Source: Octopus sinensis
Taxonomy: Eukaryota
DNA: 64,000 nt
Assembly: GCF_006345805.1 (NCBI RefSeq)
Contig: NC_043012.1
Location: forward strand, 13,082,001-13,146,000
Reading direction: 5' to 3'
Positions 25,157 to 39,029 of the stretch are shown in pieces. The notes under the pieces are model-generated. The model ran no database searches. It had not been told where the DNA came from and saw nothing but the letters and a program-made list of their open reading frames with translations. Made by a program: the position numbers and the translations under genes. Position 1 is the stretch's first letter; each line of letters begins with the position of its first letter.

Positions 25157-26305
25157 TGTGTATGTGTATGTATTATTTGAAATTATGAACAAATTATGAA
25201 ATAGACGGTAATCGAAATTATGGATAATTTTTTATTAGCGTTTTCTGAGATAGACATAAGAGCTAATAAAGAACTGTCCAAGATTCTGACAACTTCCTTT
25301 CATGTTATACAGTATTTATATGCACATGTACATACTTACACACACACACACACACACACATACACACACACACACACACACACATGTATCAACGCTGTGT
25401 CGGGGATTTGTTGTGCTTTTGATGACCAGTCTTTTAAGTCCTGTAATACACATAAACATAGTGTCGAAGCACCGATGTGTATATTCCTAATGTTTAAATA
25501 TCTATCTTTAATATCATGTCCTGATCTTTCGAAAACATTAATCATCCATCGGTTTTATCTAAACTGCGAGATTCGTTTCATTGTCAGTTCCCAGCCATTT
25601 CATATCAAGACTCCTCATGATTTGAAACATTGCTATGCAGTACCTGACTTAATGAGAAAAGGTGTATTCCCTTCAACAGCGTCTGTCGAGATAAGTAATC
25701 ACCGGAACAAAATCTTCTGCAAATTTAATAGAGGTAAATATCAAAGGCATATGTTAAATGTGGTATATGAAACTCCCATAATTACATTCCTTTAGATCAG
25801 CAAAAATCAGTGCATCATATGAACGGCCCATAATCTCATTCATCAAATATCTGCTTCTATTTAACTGTAACATAGATGGAAGTATCTTACCGTCATAACA
25901 TTCGCAACCTCTATTTTGAAAGTTCTTGTCTACAGACATTAATTTACAGATTACAATTTGTAAGCTCTATTGATATCGATATGAGTACAATTTAGCCCGT
26001 CACAAATTCCCATATCTACATCTGTCTCCTAGAAAATTGTTCGCTGTGGATACGCACAGCTTCGTATCTGAAATAAAACCTGAATGAATTCACTCGATTC
26101 TGTTTTATTCTTTCCTACCAACTAAATATTTAAACTGGAAATTGTTTGGGATATAAATTGTTTGGGATATAAATTTATAAATTATGCAACTATATATTTC
26201 TCAATTTTGGAAACATCTAAAACTTGAGATGTTGTGTAAACATTAACCCACCGTCCAATATGTAGGTACATATGCATGTATATATGTACACACACATAAA
26301 TATAC

Positions 26306-26508
26306 ACGCGGCTGTGTGGTCAGAAGCTTCCATCTGAGCCACAAGGTTCCGGGTTCACTCCCAATGCGTTGCATATTGGGAAAGTGTTCTTCAGTTTACC
26401 CTCGGACCGACCAAAGCCTCGAGACTGGATTTGCGAGATGGAAATTGAAAGAAACCTGTCGTATACATACATACATACATATATATATATATATACATAT
26501 ATGTGTGT

Positions 26509-26546
<38 letters not shown>

Positions 26547-26840
26547 CTGTATATATATGTATATATATATATATATATATTTATATATGTGTGTATATGT
26601 ACATATATATATTTATTGTGTGTGTCTGTGTTTGTCCCCTCTGTCATCGTTTGAAAAAGATGTTGGTGTGTTTATGTCGCTGTAGCTTAACGATTCAACA
26701 AAAGAGAACGATAGAATGAGCACTAGACTTACAGGGAATTAGTCCTAGGGTTGATTTCTTAGACTAAAACCCTTTAAGGTGTTGCTCCAGCATAGCCGCA
26801 GGTAAATTACTGAAACAAGTAAAATAATAAAAGAATAAAA
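26306..26840 (+). mobile_element. Diverged SINE family 2
   Basis: Head GCGGCTGTGTGGTCAG...GGTTCCGGGTTCACTCCC, internal microsatellite, tail GCTCCAGCATAGCCGCAG...CTGAAACAAGTAAAA. Confidence 0.85.
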
Positions 26841-27890
26841 GTGACCAATTAAAAAAATGAGTGATTAAGAAGGTAATACTCTTTTAGGTTTTAGGTTTTA
26901 GGTTTCTTGTAATAATCTCCTTCAAATTGCTTTTAGGGGATTAATACAGCCAAATTTAGCAATTACATCCTCTTACCTTATATGGTCATTTTTGCTATCG
27001 AAGTGTGATTACCAGGAAGGTATCGTACTGACTGCAGGTATTGACAAATATGACACAATGCATTACATCCACCTGTTGCACATAGACTTCGTTTTAGACA
27101 AATAGTAATCTCTGTACTTTGTGTTAAATTAGATAATTATAATTGATGAATGCTGTGGGCCGAAGATAATCGATATCCGTGTGATTGTTGCTCATTTTGA
27201 ACAACTGTTAGTCTGTAAGTCAATTATATATATACATATATATATATATATCAAAACATATAATAATCTTAATGCTGGAAGTCGTCTTTAAGACATCAAC
27301 GATAATGATAATACAAAAGCAAACAAATAGGGTGTCTCTATGAAAACAACACATATATGGCTCCGAAATTCCGCTTCTGAGTCAAACGTATATGTATGTG
27401 TTGCACTTTGACTTAGTTTAGAATAACATCAGGTAATCCATCACCTTACATATAGCAGATTCGAGAGACTGTCGATTCTTTAAGTAAGAAAGTGTTACGT
27501 AGGCGCAAGCTATAATAAGGTACATGACATGAAATGTCTGTCTACTCAGAAGATATTATTGAACAGAAAATAACTTGTAGACTCTCTGAATATGCAGAAT
27601 TTCATGACCTCCTGACATTCATTAAGCGGCGTTGATTTCAGTAAAGAGCAAATTATCACTACTATGTTGAATAGAACACGATTTAAATTTATATGGTACT
27701 AAGAGAAACCGTACTAGTAATAACTGGTGCAACGATGAGGTTGAGACTATGATTGGGTTTTTTTTTGTTCTTTTTTTTAATTTCACATATTGGAATACAT
27801 AATGAGAGAACAAATAGTGGATAATGCTGATAAATCTGGTTCTGGGTTCTACGCATTGAAATTATTGGACGGTATATTGTGTGGGTTAAA

Positions 27891-28121
27891 GGCGGCGAGC
27901 TGGCAGAAACATTAGCACGCCGGGCGAAATGCGTAGCCGCATTTTGTCTGCCGTTACGCTCTGAGTTCAAATTCTGCCGAGGTCGACTTTGCCTTTCATC
28001 CTTTCGAGGTCGATAAATTAAGTACCAGTTACGCACTGGGCTCGATATAATCGACTTAATCTATTTGTCTGTCCTTATTTGTCTCCTGTATGTTTAGCCC
28101 CTTGTGGGTAATAAAGAAATA
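27891..28121 (+). mobile_element. SINE family 1 monomer with 15-bp target-site duplication
   Basis: GGTATATTGTGTGGG at 27871-27885 and 28122-28136. Confidence 0.92.
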
Positions 28122-28389
28122 GGTATATTGTGTGGGCTAGTCACTCAGTCGATTTGGAATGCAGAACCCTGCTAAGTTTTATAATAGCAGAATGAATTTA
28201 AACACAGTAATGACTTTAGCAAATGCGCATTTCGCCTCCAAAAGTTCCAAATATGTTATGAAAGTGCTTATATTTAAATCACGGGCCGAGACATGAATAT
28301 TAATATTTTTGGATGTATTAATATATCTGGATATATTCAATAGTATTGCGACCAGTATAAGCACACTAACTTCATAGTTTTATCTATTA

Positions 28390-28780
28390 TAAGCACAAGG
28401 TCTGAACTTTGGAGGAAGGGTATAGCCGATTTTATTGACCACCGTACTCAGCTGGTACTTATTTTATCGACCTCGAAAGGATGAGATGCAAAGTTCACCT
28501 CGGTCTAATTACTCAGAACGTAAAGAGAGATACAATGGCGTTAAGCATTTTGCCCGACGTGCTACCGATTCGGTCAGACCACCGCTATATTAGTAATCAT
28601 TTCTGCTATAGGCAGAAGGTTTGAATCTTGGGGTAAGTGGATTACATAGACACCAGAACTCAACTAGTACTTATTTTATCGACCCCAAAGGAGGAAAGGC
28701 AAAATCGACCTCGGCAGAATTTGAACTCGGAACGGACCAAATGTCGTGAAGCGTGCTAACATATCTGCCTGCTCAACGCC
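28390..28780 (-). mobile_element. Two adjacent diverged SINE family 1 copies with the alternative tail
   Basis: Two copies of GTACTTATTTTATCGAC...AAAGG..GAAAGGCAAA.TC.ACCTCGG followed by head remnants. Confidence 0.78.
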
Positions 28781-30999
28781 TTTCACGCTATATTAATAAT
28801 GAAAGGAAAGAGATCCAGTTGAATTTAATTGTTGTCCTTCATAATTTTGGTGTTTATAACCAATAACCAACTGAATACTAGTAACGATAAAATGGACTAC
28901 ATATAAGACTGTATGCTTATCTAAAAAATTAACGTTAAAATAGAAATTTATTGTTAATTAATAGAATCTGTAGCCTTGAAGTAATACAGTACATTGCGTT
29001 TAGTTTAGACTTTGTCAATCACTTGATGATAACTGCATTTGTTATTGTTACTAAACCCGTTTATCGATAAATTAAAGTGTTTATAGAGTGACGTTTATTG
29101 ATTTAAATGTATGGCGGAGTCTATCGTCAAATGTAAACTAATATCAAATTGCAATTTACACAAAGAAAGACACAAATTCATGTTCAGTGGTCCTGACTCT
29201 TTCTTTCAATTTTGACTACAGCTTCAACGCAATTCGATAAAACGTTCTCATCATTTCTCTACATGAGTAATATTTCTACAAGGAGAATTAAATGGTTATG
29301 GTATATTAAACAATCAACATTTCAATTGTGAACGACTAATGAAATAGATATGGAATTTGCTCTCATCACTACAGTTTATTAAAAACTTCATTTCATTGTT
29401 TACAGTGTGAGAGAAACGATCAAAGAAATTAACTTGTTATTCTGCACCAATGTACCATTTAGCTACAATTAATTAAGATATAAAGCAATATTTAATCAGT
29501 CCCAGTATAAAATAAATATGTTTGATGAAGTAAATTACCATTCCAACTAATTGCAAAACACACATCTATAGTCAACTAAAGTGTACAAACTATAATTATT
29601 AATTAAATATCTATTTGACTTGCGCTTGATCAACTGAATATAGAATTTCTAAATTCCCACATAATGTGTATATCTAAATGTTCTGGACACAGTTTTAAGA
29701 GAAATAAAATATTAAGAGCAATTAAAATATATAAAGTTTGAAAAATAAACATTACGTTAGTACCGATAGCATAAATAAATGCATAGAAAACCTATTTAGA
29801 AAGCTTTTACTGTATTATTTGAATATATGGAAAACAATGAATATATATTTTTAAACTTCATCTATGATCATATTATGTGTTTCAGGGCAAGACTTGATAA
29901 GTAAAAGAAGTGTCCAGTATGAACATTATGTCATATGTTATTCATATACGAAGTTAGTAACTGTTCCGAAAATGTATTCTGTTATCTGATATTATTACGT
30001 CTGCTAAATCTCGTTTCTATTTCCCTGTTATATATTTTCAGATCATCAACGAAGACGTGAACGAAACCTGAGTGACTGAAACAGTTTCCGCTTTTAGTGA
30101 CATTTTTTTCAATCTATTCAGTAGTTATTTATCAATTGAGAGCTAAGAAAAGTTATGTATTTTTAAACTGGAATAACATACAAAGTATTTCTCTTCATAT
30201 ATGTATTATTTAAATTATTTAAAAATTTTTAGCTTTTATATTTTTTATATTATAATTTTATATCATATATCTTTTTATTATAATTTTTAATTTTTATATG
30301 TAACTTTTTAATAATATTCACATTTATCTATATTTGAAAATTATTCATTTTACTAAATCAGGAACGATTGGATATATAATTCTTTTTCCTTATGTTCATA
30401 TCTGGAATTCTATGAAAATGTAGGGGGTGGGGAAATAATGGAAGAATGTTATGCATATCTATCTTAAAACAAAAACTGCATTATTTTTTGCTTTATCTTA
30501 TCTAATATATTGACTAAAACGTTTTGTTTTCACATACATGTAGCATTATTATATAAACTGCATTATCATTCTGCACAAGCCATTTGTTATCAGTTAATAC
30601 AAGGATAACCACATTATATGTCCAATCAACTGAACCCGTGCGAGAGATGTTTAAATGAAATATGGCAGTTTTCTTGTGACATTTTATTCAAGTCAAAATT
30701 GTAACATTTTTGCGACGTAAGTCTTTCTTAATATTTCAGTTTACCAATACATCGTTACATTTCATAAAACCACTATTGCTGTTTTAAAGTATAGGTTACT
30801 TTAGAAAATTATCTTCTGGATATGCATAAAATTTGGTTGGTCACAGCGTGAATACTTTTTATATTGCAATTACAAACATACTAATAAAGTTAACTTCGAA
30901 TTAAATTACAACTAATAAAACAAATCATTGTAATTCCTGAATTATAACTGTAGATGAGAACTGAAATAAAACCTAGAATCTTTCGAAATTCGAAACCTA

Positions 31000-32780
31000 G
31001 AAATAAATTGTCATATTTTGAGGTGTCTCGGTCTATTTGATTTGTGAAAGAAGAATGCAAAAAGAAGAATGCTGATAAGTGACAGAAGCTTTTGGCAAAA
31101 TAAAACACATTTTGACATCAAACTTATCGTTAACGCATTTTGTTCCGAAGCTGGATATCATATTTGCTACAGATACGAGCGATAACGTTGTAGGAGCTGC
31201 GCTCGTGCATAAATATCACGATGTGAGTAAAAGGTCCTTAGCCTATGCGTTACGATCGTTATTACCAGCTGAAAGGAACGATAGCCAAATAGAAGAGGAA
31301 ATGTTATCAATCATGTTCGGTGTGAACAATTACCATAGATTTATTCATTTAAGACTTTTCTGTCTGCAAACTTATCATCGTTCCCTATTGTCATTATACG
31401 GCGGTTCTAAAACAGGAACACTAACACACAAAGGCAAATAAATACTACCTTGTTGCATTTTGATTACAAAATGGAATATTTACCATTAAAAAAAGACTAG
31501 GGCATGTGGATGGTTTGTCCAGACTGATCCGGAACACTGCGAATCATTCAAAGATACAGCAATCGCAGTTTTAATATCAGGAGAATTTTTTTTAAAAATT
31601 AATGTGGATTGTGGTACGCAATTACCGGTGTCCCTTCAAGACATAAAACGAAATACGGAAAAGGACAAATTCATTACAGAAATGAAAAGAATACTGTGGA
31701 AAGAGAAGTAATTGGGAACAAGATTGATGCGAAACGAGACCAAGACGTGAATCTATACTGTGTTTGTGATAGCGTACTGATGCATTTACAGAGAGTAGTA
31801 ATACCTGAAACACTGCAAAAGAAAATGTTCAGATAATTCCATGTTGGACATCTTGGGATTTTGAGGATGAAAGTTTTCATGCGTAGCTACGTGTACTGGC
31901 CAAAAATGGATAGAGAAATCGGAACCTTAGTGAAAGGATGCAGAGGATGCACGCTGGCGGCAAAATTACCGATGATAAAACGTGAACCTTGGCAAAAGGA
32001 AAAGGCTCCGTGGTCCAGACAACACATCGATTTCGCTCGTCCCTTAAACGGTTCCTGCAACTTAGACGTAGTAGTTTGTTTCTCTAAATTGGCAGAAATG
32101 TGTAAGTGTAAAGACCAACCTCCTCAGCTGTGACAAATGTTCTACGTGAACTGTTTGTGAGATTTGACGTTCCAGACACAAGTGTGTCTGGCAACGAAAC
32201 ACATTGTGTGTCTTTTGGGTTTAAAAAGTTTTGTAAAACGTTCGCTGTGGAACATATGAATACGGTGCCATACCATCCCAGATCTAACGGACAAGCAGAA
32301 CGCTTTGTCGATACGTTCAAGAGAGCTCTAAGAAAGTCGCTCTAGAATAGCTCTGAAGAGTATACTGTGCGACACCAAATCCAAACACACCAGCAGGTAT
32401 GTCAACAGTGGAGCTGATGTTTGCGAGTAAAATAAAATCAGTCTTCGACAAATTACTATCTTGTAGGAAAAGAAAACAATTCAAATGGATATTTCAGCAA
32501 GATATTTCAAAATTGGGGAAAATGTATTTGTTAGGGCATATAACGAGGGAAAACAATTTTCAGAAGATGCCCCGATTACCAAACGCATAGGAAAAACGCT
32601 ATACTTGGTAAAAGGAAGAAAAGGGTATACAAAAGACACACAAACAACTAAAGAAAAGATTCGTCATGAGCGAACGGAGGGAATGGAAGGACCATTTGGA
32701 TGGCTTTTATGATACTTTTCAAGTACCAATGCCAAGGGATGGAACAACGACATCCAGGATTTTGGAATACATGAATGTTA
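31000..32780 (+). mobile_element. Gypsy LTR retrotransposon pol relic (RNase H and integrase)
   Basis: RNase H: FATDTSDNVVGAAL...AYALRSLLPAERNDSQIEEEMLSIMFGV. Integrase: RMKVFMRSYVYWPKMDREI..VKGCRGC, PWSRQHIDFA, VPYHPRSNGQAERFVDTFK. RNase H precedes integrase. Frameshifted. Confidence 0.93.
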
Positions 32781-33190
32781 GCTGACAACTGTTGGATGTT
32801 ATACAGGGATGAACCTGAGACAAAATACCATAGAAAGTCCAAATCTCAAAGGTTTCAAGTTGTTATGCATTTGAGTTTATTCTAACTTATTTGTACACAA
32901 TATTTTTAATTTTTTACAATAAAAAGCCATGAAATCATCGTATCTTGTATTCAATATACTTTATATAGATATGCTTTATGTATCCTATGAATTGAAGCAG
33001 CAGGTATCATTATCATGAAAATGTGACCTGATAGAGGAAATCGGACTTCAGATTCGTAATCAATATCAAAAATTAACCCAGAAAAGTCATTCAGCAAATA
33101 TGATTAAAAAGAGTTTCATTTTGCTGACCAGTGTTATTACTAATAGAAGAAATAAAATGACACTCCCTGAGAAAAAAAAAGAATAACTTC

Positions 33191-33490
33191 AAAGGGGGGA
33201 TATTATGCGGATAATAGTAATAATGGAACACCCCTCCAACGTGAGGAGAGGTATTTGCTATTTATTATCAATAATGTGACGTAGAAAATCAGGAGTACCA
33301 TTTGAGTAGTCGCTCATTAGATAGTCGTGTCTTACTTGTCTAACTAATTATACTGCTATACCGGAGTGGGTGTCATAGCAGTCCGACAGAGGATTACGAC
33401 ATTGATAAATCAGTGTAAGAATTTTTACTATTGTATTCGTCTCGGTAATCATCTCCTATTGATGTATGGTGTTATAAAAGACAATAATAT
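33191..33490 (+). mobile_element. Possible polypurine tract and 3' LTR of the Gypsy element
   Basis: AAAGGGGGGA at 33191-33200 followed by TATTATG (decayed TG start). Right end uncertain. Confidence 0.4.
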
Positions 33491-34833
33491 ATTGGTTCAG
33501 ATAAAGATTGCTAAAAGTGCTGACGAGCCTTCTATATAGGAATTTCTCTTTCTTTTAAATTCGTCAGCAGCAACTTTCCATTAGCATCCACCTACTAATA
33601 TAGATGCCTAGAAAAATTTATTATGGGTTAAAAAATAAATTATTTACGTTATTGACAATATATGTTACGTGTTATTATAAAACGACAAATTATTCATGAT
33701 GAAACTGAAGGAAAATATATTGAAATGAATAAAAGTACATTAATATTTCATGATGCTATTTTTACAATTTCACGTTCTACTTACAAAGGCGTTGATGTTT
33801 TTACCCTTATGAGAGGATAATTATATGCCTGTGTGTGTGTTTGTCTCTGTGTATGTGTGAGTGCACCTTTACAATGCTTGATATAAGCTTCCATATATTT
33901 TATAACGGTTTTTTACCCTTTGCCTTCATATTTTGTAAACGTGATTCTTTTGTTTTCTTTTTACAGCCAATGTTACCTTTCGGATGTTACAAATACTGGA
34001 AATATTGTATTCTTCTCTATTCAGTTGTATCCATTTGTACATTTGCTGAGCTGAGCCGTTTTGATTAATGCAGAATATATTATTTCCTGTGACGCTTTTG
34101 TACTGACAGATGTTATACCGACACTATATCCCAACAGCGTGTCATATCCCACACCCGCAGATTCTTTCAGTCATTTCATTCTCCTTCAATTTTCTTAAAC
34201 CCTCCTTAGAATCTTTGCTGCTCCTGACAAGGCTGTTTTCTACAACGATTCCGTTCTTCTATTGATATGAGTCCTACCACCAAATTTTCTAATTTGTCTA
34301 ATCTATCGGCAAGGTCTCTGGTATGTAACGACCCGTATATTTACATAATATTTCTGACACATTGTAGATAATTTAGAGTTCAAGAATACCTTCCAAGATC
34401 TTAGGATATATCAACATATAAATGTTTATAAAAGCATCATAAATTCTGATACACTTGGGGTTTCTTTATTGCAAATTCACAATACAGTAATGCACAGGAA
34501 ACAGATGTATTTTCATGCATAATCAATGTTCATGTATTTTATAACAATGGGTATACTCTTCCCTCAACTGTTATTTCTAGCAAAATCGCAGATAGAATAT
34601 TTTCCACATAATGCTTCATGATGAAGTTCGTTTTCTGTTCACGTAAATATCCAACTAATAGATGTGTATATGAGCATCAAGCAAATTTCTTCGAATTGTG
34701 ATTCACTAAGCTTCATTGTCTGATCTTGGAATTTTGAGACAGATATTTTCATGCTTAGGTTTGGGTGAATTCTCAGTGCTTAATTTGTAATGTACCTTAC
34801 ATAAGGAACAACATTTTAAGGAAATGAAAAAAT

Positions 34834-35248
34834 GGCGGTGAGCTGGCAGAAACGTTAGCACGCCGGGCGAAAGTTTTAGCTGCATTTCATCTGTCGTTAC
34901 GTTCTGAGTTCAAATTTCGCCGAGGTCGACTTTGCCTTTCATCATTCAAGGGTCGATAGATTAAGTACCAGTTACGCATTGGTTCGATGTAATCGACTTA
35001 ATACCTATGTCTGTCCTTGTTTGTCCCCTCTATGTTTAGCCCCTTGTGGGTAATTAAAAAATAGGTATTTCGTCTGCCGCTACGTTCTGAGTTCAAATTC
35101 CGCCGAGGTCAACTTTGCCTTCCATCCTTTCGGGGTCGATTACATAAGTATCAGTTACGTACTGGGATCGATGTAATCGACTTAATGCTTTTGTCTCTCC
35201 TTGTTTGTCCCCTCTTTGTTTAGCCACTTGAAGGGAATAAAGAAATAA
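34834..35248 (+). mobile_element. SINE family 1, head plus two bodies
   Basis: Second body restarts at GGTATTTCG at 35064. Confidence 0.9.
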
Positions 35249-36224
35249 AAATTATACACCCCGCAGAAATATAAGCCACATTTGATTTCTAGTGAAAAAT
35301 GTAGTTAGAAAAATGTGTCATTCACGTAACTATTGTTTTTAATGAAACACTAACACACACACGCACAGAAGGCGACACAGACACAGACACACACACAAAC
35401 ACACATACACTATCACACGCATATCAATTGATGCTTATTAAATTAATAAAAGAGCAAAACAATACTTAATTATATCCAAGTGTTTGAAATATTTGTCACC
35501 AACAATTTTGTTTTGTTTAGAGATATCTTGAAAAATAAGTTAGGAACCATTTATTGCAAAAAGATAATACTGCAAATTATAATGTTAAACACATTCATAT
35601 CGATCGGTTTGAAACACTGTGCTAGGCTGCATTTATCTGCAGGGTGTAAAAACGTGCATGTTGATAAATATTATCTGCACCACTTCATGCTTAAGCGGGC
35701 ATCTTTTTGAAGAGAATTGCGCTTCTGGCGACAAACAGATTGACGATAAGCTATTGGCTTTTATTCTTTTGTTGAAATAAATTCACACTCACTCATACAT
35801 TGTTTTAAAAATGTTACAAGGAAATATTGCAACAAAGTATTAGATATAAAAAATAAAAAAATAAAAACAGAAAGAAAAGTAATGCAAATTCATGCAGCTA
35901 CGAGAATGAGGCTGTTGGAAGATTCCTATATGATCACCATTGTAAATGAAATAACAAAAGAGAGAAAAACAAGATCTCTACGACGAATCCTGATTATACT
36001 ATTTGGAGCTCGAGTGTGCTGGAAAACATTACAAGGTGATAACGCAAAAGAAAAGCGTCCGTGTTATGTCCCTTGGTCTACCAATCTACATTTCATTATT
36101 TTAGCGACCTCTATATTTGATGGTCGAGCAAACAGTGGCATAGCATGGTATAATATACATCTGAGTACATATGGAAAATGCATAAAATATGTCATTCGTA
36201 CCCACTGTAAACAGTAAGTATATA

Positions 36225-36266
<42 letters not shown>

Positions 36267-36269
36267 CAA

Positions 36270-36827
<558 letters not shown>

Positions 36828-36835
36828 CATATATA

Positions 36836-36944
36836 GGGAGAGTTCACGGAAAAAACAAAAGCCAAAGACAGCTGGTGTACAAAACAAACAGATGTATTAG
36901 TATAACGCTCAGGAATAGAAAACGTCTTTTACGTTTCGAGCCTA

Positions 36945-36950
<6 letters not shown>
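36836..36950 (-). mobile_element. Truncated Penelope-type pLTR, related to 38540-38676
   Basis: Reverse complement AGAGCGTAGGCTCGAAACGTAAAAGAC...CTGAGCGTTATACTAATAC...CTCTCCC then TATA. Cut inside the HHR by (GA)n. Confidence 0.8.
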
Positions 36951-37022
<72 letters not shown>

Positions 37023-37270
37023 GAGAAGATTAAGGGAGAAATATGTATATACACGTATGTTTGCATGTATTCTTTTATTCTTTAACATAGTTCAGTCATT
37101 TGACTGCAGACATACCGTAGCACCAAGTTAAAGGCATTTAGCCGAAGAACACAACCTTAGGACTTATGTTTTGTGAGCACAGTACTTATTCTATCGATTG
37201 TTTTTGCCGAAACGCTAAGGTTCGGAACATAAATGCACCAACATCGGTTGTCAAGCGTTGTTGGTGGGTA

Positions 37271-37312
<42 letters not shown>

Positions 37313-37313
<1 letters not shown>

Positions 37314-37695
37314 CTCCCGCCCACGTTGCCGCACTTGCCCTTACCTCTCCAACACCACCCTCCTCACTAGCACCCACCATCGACCCTATCCCATCATCCA
37401 CTCCTTCACCTGCACCTCCAGCAATATTATCTATTGCGTCTCTTGCTCTCTCTGCCATTCCTTGTACATCGGACAAACGGGACGCCGCTTGGCTGACCGG
37501 TTCGCGGAACATCTTCGTGACATCCACCTTGCGAACGACACACCGGTCTCACGCCATTTCCGCTCCACCGGTCACTCCTTGCAACACCTATCTGTGTTCG
37601 GTTTGTCCTTACACAGAGGCCATCCGGATTCCCGTTTGCGCCGTGAACAGGAATTAATCTTCTCTCTTCGCTCTTATACGCCATTTGGTCTCAAC
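37313..37695 (+). pseudogene. Penelope-type GIY-YIG endonuclease C-terminus (no start, RT absent)
   Basis: SRPRCRTCPY Cys linker; FTCTSSNIIYCVSCSLCHSLYIGQTGRRLADRFAEH...HF...REQELIFSLRSYTPFGLN. Confidence 0.92.
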
Positions 37696-38540
37696 TCTCC
37701 CCCTCCTCATCTAACCCCCCTCTCCCCCCTCCTCACCTATCCTTCCCCCCCGACCCCTGCTTCTTCAGTCCTTCATCCTTTCACCCCTACTCCCCTTCCC
37801 TTCTTCCCTCTTTCTCCCTCCCTCCTTCCCTCTCCCCCTCTCCCTCTCTCCTCCTTCCCCCCCTCCTCCTCCCCTTCCTTCTCCCCATCCTCTCTCTCCC
37901 CCTCCTATCCTACCCTCTCCCCCCTCCTCTCCTCCCCCTCTCCTTCCCCTCCCCTTCTCCTCCCCCTCTTCTCCCCTCCCCTCTTCTCCTCACTACACCA
38001 CACGACTTTACACATCACATCATATATGATGTGCCATACTAATACATACACCAACTAATACATACTAATACATACTAATACGTACTAATACATACTAATA
38101 CATACACCAACCCTATACATACACACGTCCAGACCTCTCATACGCACTTATACTCTCTCATACACACACCACACTTATACATACTAATACGTACTAATAC
38201 ATACTAATACATACACCAACCCCATACATACGCACGTCCAGACCTATCCTACGCACTAATACTCTCTCATACACACACACACACACACACACCCTTATAC
38301 ATACTAATACATACTAATACATACACCAACCCTATACATACACACGTCCAGACCTCTCCTACGCACTAATAGCTGGTCATTCAACCCCATTATCAACCCT
38401 ATTTTCTCCCCTTATTTCGCTCTCGCGTCTCATGTTTGATCTTTGACCTCTGGCCGAAATCAGATCGCCATGTTGATTCGTTAGTTACTGCACGCATTTT
38501 TTTTCTCTCCTTCTTTCTGTGTTTTTTTTCTCTCTGTGTA

Positions 38541-38578
38541 TCTTTCTGTTGAAGAGCGTAGGCTCGAAACGTTAAAGA
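38541..38578 (+). ncRNA. Minimal hammerhead motif, core CUGUUGA (A6 to U)
   Basis: TCTTT-CTGTTGA-A-GAGC-gtag-GCTC-GAAA-CG-T-T-AAAGA. Confidence 0.7.
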
Positions 38579-38688
38579 CTTGTTTTATTTATATTTCCTG
38601 AGCGCCATACTAATACAAATGTTTGTTTGTTTTCCACCTGCCTTCGTCTTTTGTCTATTTTCATAAAGCTTCCCGTTATATATATATA

Positions 38689-38724
<36 letters not shown>

Positions 38725-38972
38725 GAGAAGATTAAGGGAGAAATATGTATATACACGTATGTTTGCATGTATTCTTTTATTCTTTAACATAGTTCAGTCA
38801 TTTGACTGCAGACATACCGTAGCACCAAGTTAAAGGCATTTAGCCGAAGAACACAACCTCAGGACTTATGTTTTGTGAGCACAGTACTTATTCTATCGAT
38901 TGTTTTTGCCGAAACGCTAAGGTTCGGAACATAAATGCACCAACATCGGTTGTCAAGCGTTGTTGGTGGGTA

Positions 38973-39013
<41 letters not shown>

Positions 39014-39029
39014 CACACACACACACACA

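Larger units (their letters stand above)
37313..38676 (+). mobile_element. 5'-truncated Penelope-like element, copy 1
   Basis: GIY-YIG domain, CT-rich and CATACTAATA minisatellite 3' region, pLTR with HHR, then (TA)n. Confidence 0.9.

Noticed and set aside
25220-25795. 191-aa plus-strand ORF
   Set aside because: Spans a (CA)n tract and has no recognisable domain. Cannot be supported as CDS without homology or expression data.
26882-26904. (TTTTAGG)3 as interstitial telomere
   Set aside because: Only three units and not the TTAGGG repeat expected for molluscs.
33520-33550. CTGACGA-GCCT...AGG-AAT hammerhead near-match
   Set aside because: No GAAA and no stem I or III.
37695-38058. Pro/Ser/Leu-rich extension of the 266-278 aa ORFs
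   Set aside because: Read-through into a C/T low-complexity tract after the GLN end of the GIY-YIG domain.
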